The notes: generated by a model not told the origin, from the letters alone. 64,000 nucleotides of DNA from an uncultured Thermotogae bacterium (GCA_963667315.1 OY763325.1:1989380-2053379); one strand, 5' to 3'; counted from the first letter of the stretch, positions 30,601-40,268 are shown. Numbers and translations: made by a program.

Positions 30601-31506
30601 GGATATTATGAACTTACAGATGGAGAAGATGGTGGTGGAGCAATCAAGGCATTTAATACACCGCTTGTTTTGAATGATTGTGTGTTCACATCAAATAAGG
30701 TGAGAGCTGCTGGTGGTGAGGACGATTATGAAGTCTATGGACATGGGGGTGCCATTTATTCAACATACGCTACCCTTATCTTGAATGATTGTACCTTTAC
30801 GTCAAATGTGCTGCACAATGCTAGTTATTGGACTCCTGTTTATGGGGCTGCTATTTCCGTTCAAACGATGGATTTTTTAAATATTTCCAGCTGTGAATTT
30901 GATTCAAATCATATGATCATTGATGATCTGAATAACACAAGCGGATGTGGTGGCGCTGTCAATGCGGATTATACAGATTTAACGGTAATTGAGTCCTCAA
31001 CTTTCACCGGCAACAGCGCAAGTGGTGATTTTGCCGGTGCCGTCAGAATTTATGGTGAGACCTCCGGAGGGGATTCGGTTAAAATCCGCAACAGTTCATT
31101 CACTTCAAACAGTTCCATTGGTCCCTGGAGCGGTGGTGGTGCTTTGGCACTTATGAATATGTCTGGAGCAAGCGAGATTTCCGATTGTGTTTTTGACTCC
31201 AACGAAACGAATAAAAATGGTGGTGCCATCTATATACACACTAAAAATGATTTTGAAATCACAGACACCGTTATAAAAAACAACAGTGCAAATCAAAATG
31301 GCGGGGGAATCTATTTGTATTATACAAACGGGAGTGATATAACAACCGGAGGCGTCAAATGGGGGCTTGGTGCAACTTCATTGAATAACGCTTTCTCAGT
31401 CTCTTCAAATGGTACTTATCATGCAACGGCCAATTCGGATGATTCGGTTTATATCACCGGGAACACGGCGGAGAGCGGTAATTCATACACTGGAGTAACC
31501 AATTAA
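27655..31506 (+). CDS. Giant surface lipoprotein (about 1283 aa), paralogue of the 2178-aa protein: lipobox signal peptide, unique N-terminal domain, β-helix blocks, C-terminal Pmp-like repeat module
   Basis: The start was moved to MKKTVIVVFVVFSLLFTAC, with a GGAGGGTAAAG RBS. Shared modules with the 2178-aa protein include VNPTPFVRLETT..., VSFAQGETTAEYDTIQAAVAA and FTSN...GGAIY repeats. Confidence 0.85.
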   Translation: MKKTVIVVFVVFSLLFTACVQEQKVTAETSLPKVLELSGLSGQYEVEDYTDYGLWLLTIEANALTNKVADADTYYLETEGNVYAIQRNPLNAGQLMIFLPEHFVIENLSSAKITMEQIGQSGSRGDNDDIFIETVYITKDGKEYELTLENYLFMKQASKDTFVYADGKLLRPDYVKSSDGYTYSMQSYYNARQVSEDHDVNGAFSFLKKLENYESYVYVNNPYRAKIEEGTVAVYDPDTRDRVWELGAMGAIDEAATYTYDIADNSNAQTLTLTIKEENLPTKYNQSGEYEIQFKDDATVCSFVNRSGNLYDCVIEYAITDNVDLIKNARFSEASNATQTDIRLKGVNKAYALLITDPATVLKVASGTTVAQMKSYLEAVDGSNQTYTFKTTDGKLSNASILTKNGTLTVTSEYGEPYIAQFEMRVNPTPFVRLETTSKIIWHNTIGDAVTGASESDYSTITVWPGLYRENITFGSKAIHLMSTDPASETVRNTTIIDGMSNGNTILIGNLAGGSMERDGSEEQTIVEGFTLTGGASVLSPTSQRADDSVLGMISAAVAVNREKAIIRNNLITGNGTDTGDGMSNLSGCGIISEYATSTVYSNEIRNNYNVLIASGAAVANGTAEIYDNLITQNTGNMGGGILVTNLEETGVSSRETTDETVAKIYRNTISENTAGVSEYIPGDGAGIYIYKGCSILNANGEKWRHFNSPAASIEFVEGSPAEQRNVYQSNAINTGSDQGTDIMYDESEETPPGTLEISPVTVPEGDLFTLTATYTFAGPTWEGGVELDSAGDVTLAFFDLDTASVTIGDGEKRLLTADEKFSAYTIQIEGITSEAATKVVFQICRKSDTAMPAKAYTLRAIPDADGGSGSAYGNTQTGIASSELTIKVSGPVSFAQGETTAEYDTIQAAVAAISGTSPATLTLNNDLYREGSQIELSFCPALVTIQAAEGKSPVIDGEEQYRPFSLTNSPTVTFKGITFTKGYYELTDGEDGGGAIKAFNTPLVLNDCVFTSNKVRAAGGEDDYEVYGHGGAIYSTYATLILNDCTFTSNVLHNASYWTPVYGAAISVQTMDFLNISSCEFDSNHMIIDDLNNTSGCGGAVNADYTDLTVIESSTFTGNSASGDFAGAVRIYGETSGGDSVKIRNSSFTSNSSIGPWSGGGALALMNMSGASEISDCVFDSNETNKNGGAIYIHTKNDFEITDTVIKNNSANQNGGGIYLYYTNGSDITTGGVKWGLGATSLNNAFSVSSNGTYHATANSDDSVYITGNTAESGNSYTGVTN

Positions 31507-31805
31507 CCCGGAAGAAATGAAACTGTTTTTAAAATGAGAAAAAAGAACTTTTTATATCAACAGCTATCAAGAAAGTGTTTTCTGAGTTCGTTGTTGTTTT
31601 AATCTATTATTGGGGGTATTTATTTGGTTTTTCAGCAGCCATAACTTATAAACCGTTAATAAGAAACAATGATTATAACTTATAGTCCATATTCGGGATG
31701 TTAATATTAAAATTTACTTATAAAGGAATCAAAAAACAGCAGTGAAATAACACCCTGCTGTTTTTCATTTATTCAAATATTAATCATTCAGTCACAAAAT
31801 GCGCT

Positions 31806-32015
31806 TCAATTCTTCTCTGCATTTCTCAGACAATCAAATGGATTATCGACGCCGATCAAACCGACACCATCCTCATAGAATCCATCAACTACATATCCGG
31901 AAGATGCTTCCGCCAAAAGCCTGCCAAGTGAACCGCTCGCGTAATCACCTGTATAGAATTCTCCTGGGCTGTTATCAAGGTCTGGCAGTAAGTTCTTAAA
32001 GGCATCTGAAAACAT
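31806..32015 (-). CDS. Hypothetical small protein (69 aa), doubtful
   Basis: ORF only, with no convincing RBS. It lies directly downstream of the CoxM-like gene. Confidence 0.2.
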   Translation of the reverse strand: MFSDAFKNLLPDLDNSPGEFYTGDYASGSLGRLLAEASSGYVVDGFYEDGVGLIGVDNPFDCLRNAEKN

Positions 32016-32024
32016 TGCTCAAGC

Positions 32025-32831
32025 CTATTTCAGCTTTAAAAGACTCCTTTTGACAAACACCTTCAGAAGTTCTTTCCTGTATTCACCGGAAAGATCAAAT
32101 CCGTCAGAAACACTCGCCTTTTCAGATATGTTCGCCAGCATTTCAGCTTTATTTTTTAATTCCTCAACGCTTTTCCCCTTCAACGCTTCTTCGAGTATAT
32201 TGAACCGTACGGCAAGTCCCGGACGTGCCCCATAGGCTGCTCCGGCTTCTTTTACAACACCCTCTGCAATTTCTGCGCAAAGGTAAAAATTCAGCTGCGA
32301 GACATCATAATCCGTCTTCGTCATATGCTGAAAAACGCCAAAATTGAACCGGGTATCGAAGAGAATTGACAGGATGATGGGTTTGGATTTCCCATGCAGA
32401 TAGTCTTCGAGGGAAACGATTCTTTCTTCACCGTCGTATACTCTCAAAGATGCCTTCAGAGCCAGGAAAAGCGTCACAACATCCGACCAGCCGTATTTCT
32501 GTGCAATAGAACCGGAGATGGTGGACATATTTCTGATCTGATTGGTTCCGACTTTTTTCAAAACCTGCGTAATCGAATGACCGTCCATATCATCGATGAG
32601 CTCGTTGATCTTCATCCCGCCACCGATTTCAAATTGACTATCCGTTTCAATCACGGAATCGGGAAGTACATGCTGTATATCGATGAGGATTTCTGTTCGC
32701 TCATCTTCTCTCAAGGCGGTTGAAACACCCCCGGAGGTAAAAAGTGCCTTTTCCCTGTTGTTCATGTAAAGGTCCCATGCCTGTTCAAGGCTTTGTGCTC
32801 TGACATACGCTTTAAGATTCTGAAGCATCAA
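32025..32831 (-). CDS. FAD-binding subunit of molybdopterin-dependent dehydrogenase family (CoxM/XdhB-like; FAD_binding_5 + CO_deh_flav_C)
   Basis: 268 aa. It has the N-terminal ...FTSGGVSTAL...IDIQHV... pattern of CO-dehydrogenase flavoprotein subunits. No large Mo or small Fe-S subunit genes are adjacent. Confidence 0.6.
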   Translation of the reverse strand: MMLQNLKAYVRAQSLEQAWDLYMNNREKALFTSGGVSTALREDERTEILIDIQHVLPDSVIETDSQFEIGGGMKINELIDDMDGHSITQVLKKVGTNQIRNMSTISGSIAQKYGWSDVVTLFLALKASLRVYDGEERIVSLEDYLHGKSKPIILSILFDTRFNFGVFQHMTKTDYDVSQLNFYLCAEIAEGVVKEAGAAYGARPGLAVRFNILEEALKGKSVEELKNKAEMLANISEKASVSDGFDLSGEYRKELLKVFVKRSLLKLK

Positions 32832-34680
32832 AATAACCCCCTTTTAATTCCACCTGATGATCCGGTATATAGGCATCAAGCGTCTTTTTCATGTCATTTT
32901 TGTCTCTGCAGATACACAGATCATACATCTTTTCCATCAAACCCGCTATCTCTTCAGGAGACATATGCTCTTCTTCAATCACCCGGTATATTTTCGGATT
33001 CTTCGTTGACAATGCCTTTTCCTTATCAAGGAAAAGTTCCTCATATAGTTTTTCCCCCGGTCTGATACCGGTATACTGAATCTCAATATCCTGCCCCGGA
33101 ATCAACCCGGCAAGTTTTACCATGTTGTCCACAAGATCCTTGATATAAATCTGTTCTCCCATATCCAGGATAAAGAGATCCCCGTTCTTCATAAAGCTGG
33201 ATGCCTGAATGACCAGTGAAGAGGCTTCCGGTATCGTCATAAAGAAACGTCTCATATTGGGATCCGTAATGGTAATCGGTCCACCGTTTTTAATCTGTTC
33301 CTTGAATTTGGGAATAACGCTTCCCCTGCTGCCAAGAACGTTCCCGAATCGAACAACGGAAAAGATCGTTCCCCGGTTCTTATTTGCAACGGCTCTGAGA
33401 TACATTTCCGCCAGCCTCTTGGAAGTGCCCATGATAGAGGTGGGATTAACCGCTTTATCCGTTGAGATGAGTGTAAAACGTTCCACGCCGTGCCTGACGG
33501 CAATATCCACCAGTTTCTTCGTTCCCATGGAATTAACCCTGAAGGCTTCCGACGGATTTTCCTCCATCAGCGGAACGTGCTTATGCGCCGCACAATGATA
33601 GACCACCTGCGGTTTATGATCTTTGAACAATCGATCAACGGCTTCCTCATTCGTGATATCGGCGATGATTCTGACAAATTCTATCGCATTCGCTTTGAGC
33701 AGGGGGGCGAATTTCCCGGATATCTGATAAATACTGTTTTCTCCTCTGCCAAGTGCCACGATTTTCTTCGGTTTCATAGCGATTAGCTGCTTGGTGATCT
33801 CACCACCGATACTGCCGCCCGCTCCGGTTATGAGTATCGTCTTGTCTGTATTGGCAGCTTCCATCTCTTTCAGATCTATTCTGACGGGATCTCTTCCCAA
33901 AAGGTCTTCAATGGCAACATCACGAACATGTTCCGTTCTCACCTCATCTTCAAGCATCTCGGAAATTGAGGGCAAGACCTTCAAATGAACCGTCTTGAGA
34001 TCAATATGCGAGGTGATGATCTTCATCTGGGCTGAATCGGCACTTGGGATGGCAACGATGATCTCATCAAGCCCCTTTTCACTGATAATCCTGTTCACAT
34101 CGGCGATAGGACCCATAACCGGAACCCCTCTGACATTTCTCCCGATCTTTCTCCTTGAATCGTCAATAAAGACTTCTACCTTCATCCCGCGGTTTCGCTT
34201 TCTGATATCTTCAAGCAGCATGATCCCCGCCTCGCCGGCACCCATGATGCCTATTCGGCGTTCAACATCCCGGCCTTTTTTCTGATACTTTCTCCGGACA
34301 TACCAGCTCCACCATATTCGGCTCAACAGGACGGCAAAAGCCCCCCCGAGAAACTGCATGATGCCAACGGAACGCGGCATGACAAAGGGAAAGACCAAAA
34401 CCACCAGCAGATTCATGAAATAGGCAACGGCTATACTCTTGAAGATCTGAACGATCTCATCATTCCCCATATAAGCCCAAACGGTCTTATACACCCCAAA
34501 AAGGAAGAAGGAAAGACTGGCTACACCGGATGCAATTAACACTGCCGGAAAATAATTCCCGATTGAGGCAAAATCCCAGCCGAATCGAATAAAAAGGGAA
34601 AGGATTCCGGCACACAACATCACTGTAAAATCGACTGTCACTAAACTGATTCTTCTCAACATATAACGCTTTCTCACCAC
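32812..34680 (-). CDS. Membrane-bound polysaccharide biosynthesis protein, CapD/PglF/WbpM-like UDP-sugar 4,6-dehydratase
   Basis: 622 aa. The N-terminus has four TM helices. A Rossmann motif ILITGAGGSIGGEI and the short-chain dehydratase core are present. Confidence 0.85.
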   Translation of the reverse strand: MVRKRYMLRRISLVTVDFTVMLCAGILSLFIRFGWDFASIGNYFPAVLIASGVASLSFFLFGVYKTVWAYMGNDEIVQIFKSIAVAYFMNLLVVLVFPFVMPRSVGIMQFLGGAFAVLLSRIWWSWYVRRKYQKKGRDVERRIGIMGAGEAGIMLLEDIRKRNRGMKVEVFIDDSRRKIGRNVRGVPVMGPIADVNRIISEKGLDEIIVAIPSADSAQMKIITSHIDLKTVHLKVLPSISEMLEDEVRTEHVRDVAIEDLLGRDPVRIDLKEMEAANTDKTILITGAGGSIGGEITKQLIAMKPKKIVALGRGENSIYQISGKFAPLLKANAIEFVRIIADITNEEAVDRLFKDHKPQVVYHCAAHKHVPLMEENPSEAFRVNSMGTKKLVDIAVRHGVERFTLISTDKAVNPTSIMGTSKRLAEMYLRAVANKNRGTIFSVVRFGNVLGSRGSVIPKFKEQIKNGGPITITDPNMRRFFMTIPEASSLVIQASSFMKNGDLFILDMGEQIYIKDLVDNMVKLAGLIPGQDIEIQYTGIRPGEKLYEELFLDKEKALSTKNPKIYRVIEEEHMSPEEIAGLMEKMYDLCICRDKNDMKKTLDAYIPDHQVELKGGYFDASES

Positions 34681-36146
34681 CTGGTGGTCAGTTCAAGACC
34701 ATCTTTAAAATCGAGCAGGGAATATTTGTTCAGCAGATCGCGGATATCACTCATGATATATATCCTGACAATCTGAACCAGCTGACCCGATACGGATTGA
34801 TAAAAGGCACTGTTTTTAAGAAAGGTTTCAAAATCCACCAATTCGGAATCTGTCCTGCCCGTTCTGAGATAGACTTCGTTGACGAGAAATTCAGCCGGAT
34901 GTGCCAGTGTGAGTTTATAAGGGGTGTCTATCTTGAAATACAAGGAGGGATTGTTACAGATGTTCTCAAGTTCCTCCCTGTCGGCTTTCTTGATCTCTTC
35001 TTTCTTCAGGCGTTTCCCGATGCTTTCTATGATGGATTCAATCCGCTCTTCACCCACACTCATCGCAACCCTGGTCGGATCCATACCGGTGATACTGAAT
35101 GACAATTCTACGATACTCTTCCACAAGCGTCTGAGCTTATAATTCTGCATGATCCTAAAGGCTTCACGGATGTCATCAGCCGCTTTCCCTTCAAAAGTGT
35201 CAATCTGATTGAATTTTTCCCTGATGGAATAGTACAGCCAGCCTTCTGTCAGTTCACAGAATTTTGTTACATCCTCAATATAACTGCCAATATCCAGAAA
35301 ATCATATGAAAGCTCAAGTACACGTTGTATCATCAGATCCGCTGCCCTTGCCGTCTTATGAAAATAGACATTCTTATACATCATAAATCTTCCGAAAAGC
35401 ACACGGTATATACTATCCATAATCTTTTCATTATAGGTCAGTCTTTTGATGCCATTTTTCTCTATGATCTTTGAACTTCTTACGATCCTCTGAAGGTCAA
35501 GTGTTCCGTATTCCGGTGTACCGCAGTAATGGGCATCTCTCAATACAAAATCAATACGGTCGGCACCGAGTGGCCCCTGAACGATGTTGAAGTCCGCCGT
35601 CCCTTCATGCTCCCCGTCAAAAATCTCGCAAACTTTTTTCATCACACAAAAAAACGCTTCCTGAAGGGATAGTTCGACAACAGAATCCCCTATGATATCC
35701 TTCAGATCTTCAATAACGTTGCTGCGCCACTCCTCTTTCATGGCATTATCGTACACCTGAAGCATCTCAAGGGGCATCAATTCCAGCAGCAGTCTTTCAC
35801 GCTGCTCATCATGCCCATCTTTCAACCCCGCCTTGACATACGCCACTTCATCAAACTGATGACTGTAGGGGCCGTGCCCAATATCGTGTAACAGGCCGGC
35901 AAGCCGAAGTAAACGACTCTTGCCCTTGTCAAATCCGAGATGGTCGGCATACATTCCGGAAAGGTGCATCACGCCAAGTGAATGTAGAAATCTCGTATGT
36001 GTAGCCCCGGGATAAACCCGCTCGGCACCACCAAGCTGAGAGATTTCCCGCAATCTTTGTATCGGTTTTGAATCAACACAAAGTATTTCCAGAGGTGACA
36101 ACAACACCTCTCCATAAACCGGATCTCTGGATACCCTGTATTTCAT
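34674..36146 (-). CDS. HD-domain phosphohydrolase, dGTP triphosphohydrolase-like
   Basis: 490 aa. HD motif H..H and LLHDIGHGPYSH, of dGTPase/SAMHD1-family type. Confidence 0.75.
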   Translation of the reverse strand: MKYRVSRDPVYGEVLLSPLEILCVDSKPIQRLREISQLGGAERVYPGATHTRFLHSLGVMHLSGMYADHLGFDKGKSRLLRLAGLLHDIGHGPYSHQFDEVAYVKAGLKDGHDEQRERLLLELMPLEMLQVYDNAMKEEWRSNVIEDLKDIIGDSVVELSLQEAFFCVMKKVCEIFDGEHEGTADFNIVQGPLGADRIDFVLRDAHYCGTPEYGTLDLQRIVRSSKIIEKNGIKRLTYNEKIMDSIYRVLFGRFMMYKNVYFHKTARAADLMIQRVLELSYDFLDIGSYIEDVTKFCELTEGWLYYSIREKFNQIDTFEGKAADDIREAFRIMQNYKLRRLWKSIVELSFSITGMDPTRVAMSVGEERIESIIESIGKRLKKEEIKKADREELENICNNPSLYFKIDTPYKLTLAHPAEFLVNEVYLRTGRTDSELVDFETFLKNSAFYQSVSGQLVQIVRIYIMSDIRDLLNKYSLLDFKDGLELTTRW

Positions 36147-36166
36147 TTTATAACCCCCAATGGTTG

Positions 36167-37474
36167 CTATTCAACCCGTAAATCTTCTGAATATTCTAAT
36201 ATTTCATTTTCCAGAACGACTTTGATATTGACCCTGTAGATGCCCGTCTGCTGGAATACCAGCTCTTTCCATTCCGTTGAATCAAAGATCTTTCGCTTTG
36301 AAAAAGCCGGAAGGATAACATTAACAGTTCCTTCCTGATATTCGGTATACCGGTAAAGGACGGCACCATTCAATTCGATTTCGAAGATAAATCCCTTTAT
36401 CCTGTCATAAAGATCCTCACCGGAATCATTCGCAAGATTGATCTCCGCGGTATAAGCCTGACCAACCCTGACACTCTTAAGGGTATACGGTAGAATTCTT
36501 ATCATACCCGGAACGGCGGCTGTGTTGATCGAGTGTACAGAAACATTGTATTTTTTTTCATTCAATTCGTTATTCATAAAATAAGAGATGTCCAGGGTAT
36601 AGATTCCCGTTTCGGACGGAAACGCCAAATCTCCAAGGATGATATCCAGCTTTTCCCCCGGTTTCAGGAGGATATCCCTAATAACAGCGGGATTCTTAAA
36701 GATCTCCGATTTGAGAATCCCCTCGTCTTTAAGGGAAACGCGATAGGTTCCAAGGTTAAACTCCTTCAAATCAGGGGAATGATTCGTAACACTGAGATAA
36801 ACAGGCATCGTCTGACCCGGAAGGGCAAAATCATTAAAGAGTCTGACCGTCATATCCACATTTTCATTGATGATGAGTGTCTTTTTCAATTGAACATAGT
36901 GCTCATCAACGTAAAAATCCGAATGGATGGTATACGTCCCCGGATCAATATTTAACTCTGGATTTTCCCTCAGAAAATCGTAAACATCCCTCGATTCATA
37001 TTCAGCCATATCAATCGTCAGATTTGCTGGATAACTGAAGGCGTAAACCTGCTCCCCTTTTTCCGATACAATCGAAAATCTGAAATCCTTAAAAACAAAA
37101 TCATGCACAGAGGCCGTTATATTCGAGACTTTAATTTTGATAATATTTTCTTCCCCGTAATCCAGTTCATCCGCTGCAAGAATCTTAAAGACAAGGGGAT
37201 CCAGTCGACTGATATAATCGGAAGAAATCACATCCGTTCGATTGCCAAACAAAAGCCAAATAAGGGCAAAGAGGGCAATAAAAATCGCACCAAAACCCGT
37301 GAAAATAAGTCCCCGCTTTCTTTCACGACTTTTGGTGTAATTGAGTTTTTTATTCTTCTCTTTCAATTCCTCCAGCATCTTCTCTGGGGATCTTGAATGA
37401 TAATTAATATTTTTAGATACTATCTTTTCATCGGTTTTTTTTTTACGTTTTTTTCTATCAGGCATTAATCGCAA
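36167..37474 (-). CDS. Hypothetical single-pass membrane protein with Lys/Arg-rich cytoplasmic N-terminus and β-rich extracytoplasmic region
   Basis: 435 aa. The N-terminus is MRLMPDRKKRKKKTDEK..., followed by a TM (LIFTGFGAIFIALFALIWLLFG). It overlaps the pilB stop by 17 nt. No recognisable domain. Confidence 0.6.
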   Translation of the reverse strand: MRLMPDRKKRKKKTDEKIVSKNINYHSRSPEKMLEELKEKNKKLNYTKSRERKRGLIFTGFGAIFIALFALIWLLFGNRTDVISSDYISRLDPLVFKILAADELDYGEENIIKIKVSNITASVHDFVFKDFRFSIVSEKGEQVYAFSYPANLTIDMAEYESRDVYDFLRENPELNIDPGTYTIHSDFYVDEHYVQLKKTLIINENVDMTVRLFNDFALPGQTMPVYLSVTNHSPDLKEFNLGTYRVSLKDEGILKSEIFKNPAVIRDILLKPGEKLDIILGDLAFPSETGIYTLDISYFMNNELNEKKYNVSVHSINTAAVPGMIRILPYTLKSVRVGQAYTAEINLANDSGEDLYDRIKGFIFEIELNGAVLYRYTEYQEGTVNVILPAFSKRKIFDSTEWKELVFQQTGIYRVNIKVVLENEILEYSEDLRVE

Positions 37475-39197
37475 CCCTCTTTATTTCGTCGATCGTCGTT
37501 TTACCCTCCAGAGATTTGATAATCCCGTCTTCAAACATGGTTCTCATTCCCGCTTTTCTTGCACTTTCCTCAATCAGTCTTTCCGGCGCATTTTCCACCA
37601 TCAGTTCACGCATCTTCTTATCAACAATCAGTACCTCATGAATACCGCTTCTGCCTTTATATCCGGTCTTTCGACAGGATTGACAGCCTTTCCCGGTATA
37701 TTCATAGTATTCCTTTTCATTCGGAAGCAGCAACTTCGCCATTTCCCTGTATTCATGATTCAGAAGCGGTTTCTTCGTCTTACAGTTCGGACAGATCGAT
37801 CGCACCAATCGCTGGCCAAGAACCCCGAGAAGGGAAACACCCAGCAAATCGGGTTCCACCCCAAGGTTCAGCAATCTGCTGACCGCAGCGGATGCCGTGT
37901 TGGTATGAAGCGTACTGAGCACAAGATGCCCTGTCATGGACGCTTCAATGGCAAGCTGTGCCGTTTCCTTGTCTCTGATTTCTCCGACCATGATGATATC
38001 CGGATCCTGTCTGAGGATGGCCCTCAGAAAACGGGCAAAGGTCAAGCCAATCTCCGAATGGGTCTGACACTGGTTTACACCTGTGATACTGTATTCAACC
38101 GGATCTTCCACCGTGACGATATTGGTGGTGATCTTTTTCAGATGATTGATGATGCCAACGAGTGATGTCGATTTACCGCTTCCGGTAGGGCCTGTCACAA
38201 GGATCATCCCATAGGGGAAATTGAGAAGATATTCAAGCCTCTGAAAATTGTACTCTGAAAAGCCCAGATCAACGAGTCGCTTGTTAGAATTGGAAACCTT
38301 CAACAACCTCGTCACAATTTTTTCCCCGTGAACGGTCGGCATCGTTGATACCCTGAAATCGAATTGTTCCCCTTCATTCTTGAGGAAGAACTTCCCGTCC
38401 TGAGGCAATCTTCTTTCCGCAATATCCAGATCGGAAATGATCTTAATCCTGGAAAGAACGCTGTTATGAAGCTTAACGGGATATTCCGCCATCTTCCTCA
38501 ACATACCGTCTATCCTGTATCGAACCCTGACTTCCTTTTCATACGGCTCGATGTGAATATCACTGGCATCCTGTTCAATCGCCTCTTTGATGATCTGATT
38601 CACCAGGGTGATGATCGGACCGGAATTGCCGGAATTCTTTTCTTCCGCCGTAATCGATAAATCAGAAAGATCCATCACATTTTCTTCAGTCGTCTCGCCA
38701 ACTGATTCAATAGAGCCTTTAAACACCTCATCCAATTGAATATTACTGCCGAAATATTCCTTCAACAGCAGATCAAGCTGTGGTTTCGGTATAACGATAA
38801 AATCCGGCTCCAGATCGGTCATGAATTTTATACTCTTCTGTATCTTGCTGATATCGGAAACCATGTCCGTCAGCAACTGAAGGTCCCTGCCGATTTTTTT
38901 ATAGGGAACAACACGCCACTTTTCACAATTGGCTTTCCCAACCATCGACAGGAGATCTGAACTGAATTCAAGTTCTGCCGTACTGTTCATATATTCCAAT
39001 CCGTATTGCTGAGAGAGTGCCTGCCCAATCTGTTCCCAGGTCACATAGCCTTTCTCAACAAAAATCTGACCCAGGGGCTTCTTTTCCTGTTTCTGCAGGT
39101 CTATTGCGAGTTGAATATCCTTATCCGTTATATACCCCGCATCTTTTAAAATCTCACCCAATCGCTTGTACTGAAACTTTCGCCCCTTAGCTGCCAA
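37458..39197 (-). CDS. pilB: Type IV pilus / type II secretion assembly ATPase PilB/GspE with N-terminal MshEN (T2SSE_N) domain
   Basis: 579 aa. The N-terminus has RLGEILKDAGYITDKDIQLAIDLQ and PLGQIFVEKGYVTWEQIGQALSQQ. Walker A is GPTGSGKST, and a tetracysteine Zn motif CPNC...CQSC is present. Confidence 0.88.
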   Translation of the reverse strand: MAAKGRKFQYKRLGEILKDAGYITDKDIQLAIDLQKQEKKPLGQIFVEKGYVTWEQIGQALSQQYGLEYMNSTAELEFSSDLLSMVGKANCEKWRVVPYKKIGRDLQLLTDMVSDISKIQKSIKFMTDLEPDFIVIPKPQLDLLLKEYFGSNIQLDEVFKGSIESVGETTEENVMDLSDLSITAEEKNSGNSGPIITLVNQIIKEAIEQDASDIHIEPYEKEVRVRYRIDGMLRKMAEYPVKLHNSVLSRIKIISDLDIAERRLPQDGKFFLKNEGEQFDFRVSTMPTVHGEKIVTRLLKVSNSNKRLVDLGFSEYNFQRLEYLLNFPYGMILVTGPTGSGKSTSLVGIINHLKKITTNIVTVEDPVEYSITGVNQCQTHSEIGLTFARFLRAILRQDPDIIMVGEIRDKETAQLAIEASMTGHLVLSTLHTNTASAAVSRLLNLGVEPDLLGVSLLGVLGQRLVRSICPNCKTKKPLLNHEYREMAKLLLPNEKEYYEYTGKGCQSCRKTGYKGRSGIHEVLIVDKKMRELMVENAPERLIEESARKAGMRTMFEDGIIKSLEGKTTIDEIKRVAINA

Positions 39198-39199
39198 AT

Positions 39200-40255
39200 C
39201 TAATCACTCCTTAAAAATTCATTCAATCCCAGTCTGAATACTGCCGGTATATCATTATCAAGATCAAGAAGCTGATCGTCATCTTCAAATTTTGTGGCAA
39301 TGAGTGTTACCCTGACTTCATCATCCGGAAGATCCTCGTCGATGATCAAACCGAATTTCAGGTCAACGTCTTCACTACAACGCTGTCGAATCACCACTGC
39401 CGAAAGGTTCATCTCTTTCATCGTGATATTCTTGTTCGAGGAAATATTGAGAATGACTGCTGTTGCGTTATCCACAGGTCTTTCAAGCAGCTTTGAATCC
39501 ATCGCCTTCATGGCAGCTTCCTGTGCCCTGTTCTCTCCCTTTCCGATTCCGATTCCCAGGAAAGCCACACCGGCTTCTCTGACGACGGACTCGATATCCG
39601 CAAAGTCCTGGTTGATGACTCCGCGTCTTGTGATAACTTCACTGATTCCCTTTATCGCCTGATGTAAGGCCTCATCCGCCTTGAGAAAACCATCCATGAC
39701 GGTGATATCGCCCGGATATTCTTCAAGCAATTTGTTGTTCGATATCTTGATCAGCGTATCGACATTTTCCTTCAACTTCTGAAGTCCCTGTTTTGCATTT
39801 TCCCATCGGCTGTTCCCTTCAAAATAAAACGGTGTCGTTACGACGCCAACCGTCAGGATTCCCATCTCTTTTGCCAGTTTTGCAACAACCGGTGCGGAGC
39901 CTGTTCCGGTTCCACCTCCGAGTCCCGCGGTGATAAAGAGCATATCCGTATCTTCAAGGACTGAGATGATATCATCCTTGCTTTCATACGTTGCCTTTTC
40001 TCCAACCTCCGGATTACCTCCCGCTCCAAGTCCTCTCGTGAGTTCGCTTCCAAGCTGAATCTTCACATCTGCCTTTGAATCCTCAAGTACCTGTAAATCG
40101 GTATTCCCTACGACAAACGTGACACCGTGAATACCACTTTCAATCATTCTGTTTACTGCGTTGTTTCCTGCCCCTCCAACCCCAAGGACTTTTAAAGTCG
40201 GATTTCTCTTAGGCTGCCTTCTGATTTCTGAACCGTCATCTATTTCAAAACTCAT
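39200..40255 (-). CDS. ftsZ: Cell division GTPase FtsZ
   Basis: GVGGAGNNAVNRM and the tubulin signature GGGTGTGSAPVVA. Confidence 0.95.
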   Translation of the reverse strand: MSFEIDDGSEIRRQPKRNPTLKVLGVGGAGNNAVNRMIESGIHGVTFVVGNTDLQVLEDSKADVKIQLGSELTRGLGAGGNPEVGEKATYESKDDIISVLEDTDMLFITAGLGGGTGTGSAPVVAKLAKEMGILTVGVVTTPFYFEGNSRWENAKQGLQKLKENVDTLIKISNNKLLEEYPGDITVMDGFLKADEALHQAIKGISEVITRRGVINQDFADIESVVREAGVAFLGIGIGKGENRAQEAAMKAMDSKLLERPVDNATAVILNISSNKNITMKEMNLSAVVIRQRCSEDVDLKFGLIIDEDLPDDEVRVTLIATKFEDDDQLLDLDNDIPAVFRLGLNEFLRSD

Positions 40256-40268
40256 TGGGTGCCCCCCT

